This document shows positions 62,711-64,000 of a stretch of DNA of 64,000 nucleotides, one piece after another. Position 1 is the stretch's first letter. Every line of letters begins with the position of its first letter. Made by a program: the position numbers and the translations under genes. Origin of the DNA: Candidatus Falkowbacteria bacterium RIFOXYA2_FULL_47_19 (GTDB lineage: Bacteria; Patescibacteriota; Patescibacteriia; Patescibacteriales; UBA12075); the NCBI GenBank assembly GCA_001780275.1, contig MFGB01000005.1:84306-148305 (forward strand), read 5' to 3'. The notes beneath the pieces were generated by a model. That model searched no databases. It saw only the letters and a program-made list of their open reading frames with translations, and had not been told where the DNA came from.

Positions 62711-64000
62711 TCACAGGTTTTCCGTCACCCTTCTCTTGATCTCCGCCTCTATAAGTTCGCGTTCCTGGCCGTATTTCAGGCGGGACAAGATCTTTATTTT
62801 TTGGGCGATCTCGCTTCTTTCCGTACCGGGAAGGGGCCAGGGGGTCGCCATGGAAAAAGGGCGGGATGAGCTATTTTCGATAAGCAACTTAACGTAGGCG
62901 GTGTATTTTTCGATGTTGATGAGATCGTATTGGTTAAAGACCGGGCTGAATTCCTTGGCCATAACCTCCGCGTCTTCCGAACCTATCTTGAATAAAAGCC
63001 AGGTACCGACGTTGCCGAAAACGGCGTCTTTGATCGAAGAATCCTGCCCCTTGACCAGCTGCCCCAGATATTGATGGGCCATGATAAGATTAAGGTTGTA
63101 TTTCCGGGCTTCGGATAGGATCGAGCAGATCGAATCGGTCGTAAAATTCTGGAATTCGTCTATATAAAGGTAAAAATCCTTCCGCTCTCCCCGCTGCATA
63201 TCCGTACGGGACAACGCGGCAATAAGGATCTTGCCCACCAGGATCATGCCCAAAAGAAAGGCGTTCATTTCCCCGACCCGGCCCTTGGAAAGATCGACCA
63301 AAAGGATCTTGCGCGTGTCCATGACGTCGCGCAGGTTAAATGAACTTTTCTGTTGGCCGATGATCGGCCGCATGGTGTCGTTCGATATGAATTGGGTCAG
63401 TTTAGAAGTAACGTAAGGCACTACGTTGGCCAGGGCGGCGTCGCCGCCGGCCTTTTCCGCCTCCTTGCGCCAAAAATCCACCACCGTGATATCGTTGCAT
63501 TTGCTTAATTTCATGCGGCGGAAATCCGGGTCGGCGAGCACTTTCGGAATTTCCATGAGGGTCGAGCCCGATTCCGGATGGCTCATAATGAGAAGCATGG
63601 CATTCCTTATATATTGCTCAAAGATCGGGCCGCCGGTCGCCTTAAGATCGTAAAGCTTGTCGAAGATCTTTATCATCTCGTTGATCACGAAAGTTTTCTG
63701 TTCAGGATAGCGCGAATCGAATTCGAGAAGATTTAAAGCCAAAGGCCTTTCCGTGTCCGCCGGAGCGAAGAGTATCACGTCTTCGGCCCGTTCCGGAGGA
63801 ATCCGTTTAAGAACATCGTCGATAAGATCGCCGTGCGGATCGATCAGGCACACCCCTTCTCCGTTTATCACGTCCTGGATGGCCATGCTGGCCAAAAGCA
63901 CCGATTTGCCTACGCCCGATTTACCGATGATATAAGTATGGCGCCGCCTATCCTCGCGCTTGATCTTAATTTCCCGGACCTGCCCGCGATAAACATTCTC
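62711..64000 (-). CDS. VirD4/TraG/TraD-like P-loop ATPase, 5' end beyond window
   Basis: The frame stays open upstream of the listed Met to position 64000 (..HTYIIGKSGVGKSVLLASMAIQD..). That gives Walker A GKSGVGKS and Walker B-like LYIDEFQNF. The architecture resembles T4SS coupling proteins. Confidence 0.65.
   Translation of the reverse strand, partial: ENVYRGQVREIKIKREDRRRHTYIIGKSGVGKSVLLASMAIQDVINGEGVCLIDPHGDLIDDVLKRIPPERAEDVILFAPADTERPLALNLLEFDSRYPEQKTFVINEMIKIFDKLYDLKATGGPIFEQYIRNAMLLIMSHPESGSTLMEIPKVLADPDFRRMKLSKCNDITVVDFWRKEAEKAGGDAALANVVPYVTSKLTQFISNDTMRPIIGQQKSSFNLRDVMDTRKILLVDLSKGRVGEMNAFLLGMILVGKILIAALSRTDMQRGERKDFYLYIDEFQNFTTDSICSILSEARKYNLNLIMAHQYLGQLVKGQDSSIKDAVFGNVGTWLLFKIGSEDAEVMAKEFSPVFNQYDLINIEKYTAYVKLLIENSSSRPFSMATPWPLPGTERSEIAQKIKILSRLKYGQERELIEAEIKRRVTENL

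Overview
The window is 64 kb from a compact, moderately AT-rich bacterial genome. Gene style points to a Patescibacteria/CPR-like lineage: short ribosomal proteins, a truncated AlaRS, many secreted or hypothetical proteins, and clear sigma70-type promoters. That placement is inference only. Most of the window is housekeeping. It holds the prkA-yhbH-spoVR operon, a DEAD-box helicase, fmt, dedA, def, clpB with a perfect CIRCE operator, and gltX, serS, lysS and alaS. It also holds ddl, ftsQ, greA, a glycan cluster (ligase-like protein, GT2, GT4, flippase), rubredoxin, and infA-rpmJ-rpsM-rpsK-rpsD-rpoA-rplQ plus rplM-rpsI. An ABC-F ATPase, dnaX, a patatin-like lipase and two tRNAs (Glu-CUC, Gln-CUG) complete it. 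Three genes below the ORF-track cutoff or cut by the window edge were recovered by hand: spoVR, rubredoxin and rpmJ. The accessory or unusual parts are listed here. (1) At 54.3-59.4 kb, three diverged copies of a promoter, tRNA-fragment and hairpin module end at tRNA-Gln. They delimit small-ORF units and an AT-rich operon of CE4 deacetylase, radical SAM/SPASM and nucleotidyltransferase. This operon is my best candidate for an undescribed system. (2) At 30.4-31.1 kb, a strikingly GC-rich Ala-rich gene with consensus expression signals sits in AT-rich DNA beside a tyrosine recombinase. (3) Several families of intergenic palindromes are built from short reiterated words. (4) RpoA lacks the alpha-CTD and ends in an acidic tail plus an AT-hook-like motif. 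(5) The alaS leader has a perfect palindrome and C-rich/G-rich tracts. All calls rest on reading the sequence and on motif knowledge. No searches or computations were run, and coordinates of small motifs may be off by 1-2 nt.
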